Positions 63,555-64,000 of a DNA stretch of 64,000 nt are shown one piece after another. The position numbers and the translations under genes were made by a program. The notes under the pieces are model-generated. The model made no database searches. It worked only from the letters and a program-made list of their open reading frames with translations, and was not told where the DNA came from. The stretch lies in NCBI GenBank assembly GCA_002633005.1, contig NMRA01000016.1, positions 1,315,481-1,379,480 on the forward strand, written 5' to 3'. How positions within the stretch are numbered: position 1 is the stretch's first letter; every line of letters starts with the position of its first letter. The stretch comes from Phoronis australis (lineage: Eukaryota > Animalia > Phoronida).

Positions 63555-63899
63555 ATTTCATCTGCAGGGTAGACAGTCTTGGTGCCTAGCGCACCGCAAG
63601 GGCATTCTCGTTAACAAGGCTGTTTTCAGACTCAGCACAAAAATCTCCTTTTTATTTCACGGGTTACACTTTTGTTAATGTGGTAAAATACGTTCAACTC
63701 ATAAAATGAAGCATAGATCGGGCGCATGCGCACTAATTACCTGAAACCACTTGTATGCTTTATTGACATATAGTTAAAACCGAGCTGAGGCCCTAAAAAC
63801 CTGACTCAATGATTTAGCAGTGTGTCCCAGTGGGACTCGAACCCACGACCTCGAGTAAAGAAAGCGGGCACCTCCATTATACTAGACCACGCCGCCTCC
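63555..63899 (-). mobile_element. tRNA-derived SINE
   Basis: Minus strand starts GGAGGCGGCGTGGTCTAGTATAATGG (A-box-like), has B-box GGTTCGAGTCC at 63833-63843, then a non-tRNA body. The 3' end is approximate. Confidence 0.65.
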
Positions 63900-64000
63900 T
63901 CCATAGGTCGGAACTTTTAAAATAATTGCTTTAGATGAAGAAAAAACAATGTTATTGTGACGGAAGCGTACGCTGTTAATGAGAAATCCCCTGCGGAATG

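Noticed and set aside
63826-63899. tRNA gene
   Set aside because: A and B boxes are present, but no clean cloverleaf or oligo-T terminator; SINE head is more likely.

Overview
Eukaryotic (invertebrate animal-like) AT-rich scaffold, mostly intronic or intergenic DNA packed with decayed transposons. It has single-N joins at 5808, 15623, 29449 and 34205 and an N-gap at 53872-54190. Most ORFs in the supplied track are spurious. Two spliced minus-strand genes can be built by hand. (1) A small secreted peptide gene that the ORF track misses: a signal-peptide exon (13495-13576) joined by a phase-1 intron to an exon at 9663-9784. It gives a 67-aa precursor (signal, acidic propeptide, RTRR furin site, then a 32-aa six-cysteine peptide with CS-alpha/beta defensin / scorpion alpha-KTx-like spacing). 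(2) The last five coding exons of a trypsin-like S1A serine protease (52634 down to 45199); its His57 and N-terminal exons were not found in the window. Mobile DNA includes an L1/Tx1-like LINE, TTAA-flanked Kolobok-like elements, hAT5-like elements with 5-bp TSDs, an ISL2EU-like element with a THAP relic, tRNA-derived SINEs, a 6.6-kb Academ-like element with long modular TIRs, and an unusual LTR-like unit with two inverted U3 ends inside one 5-bp TSD. All calls come from manual reading; no database searches were run.
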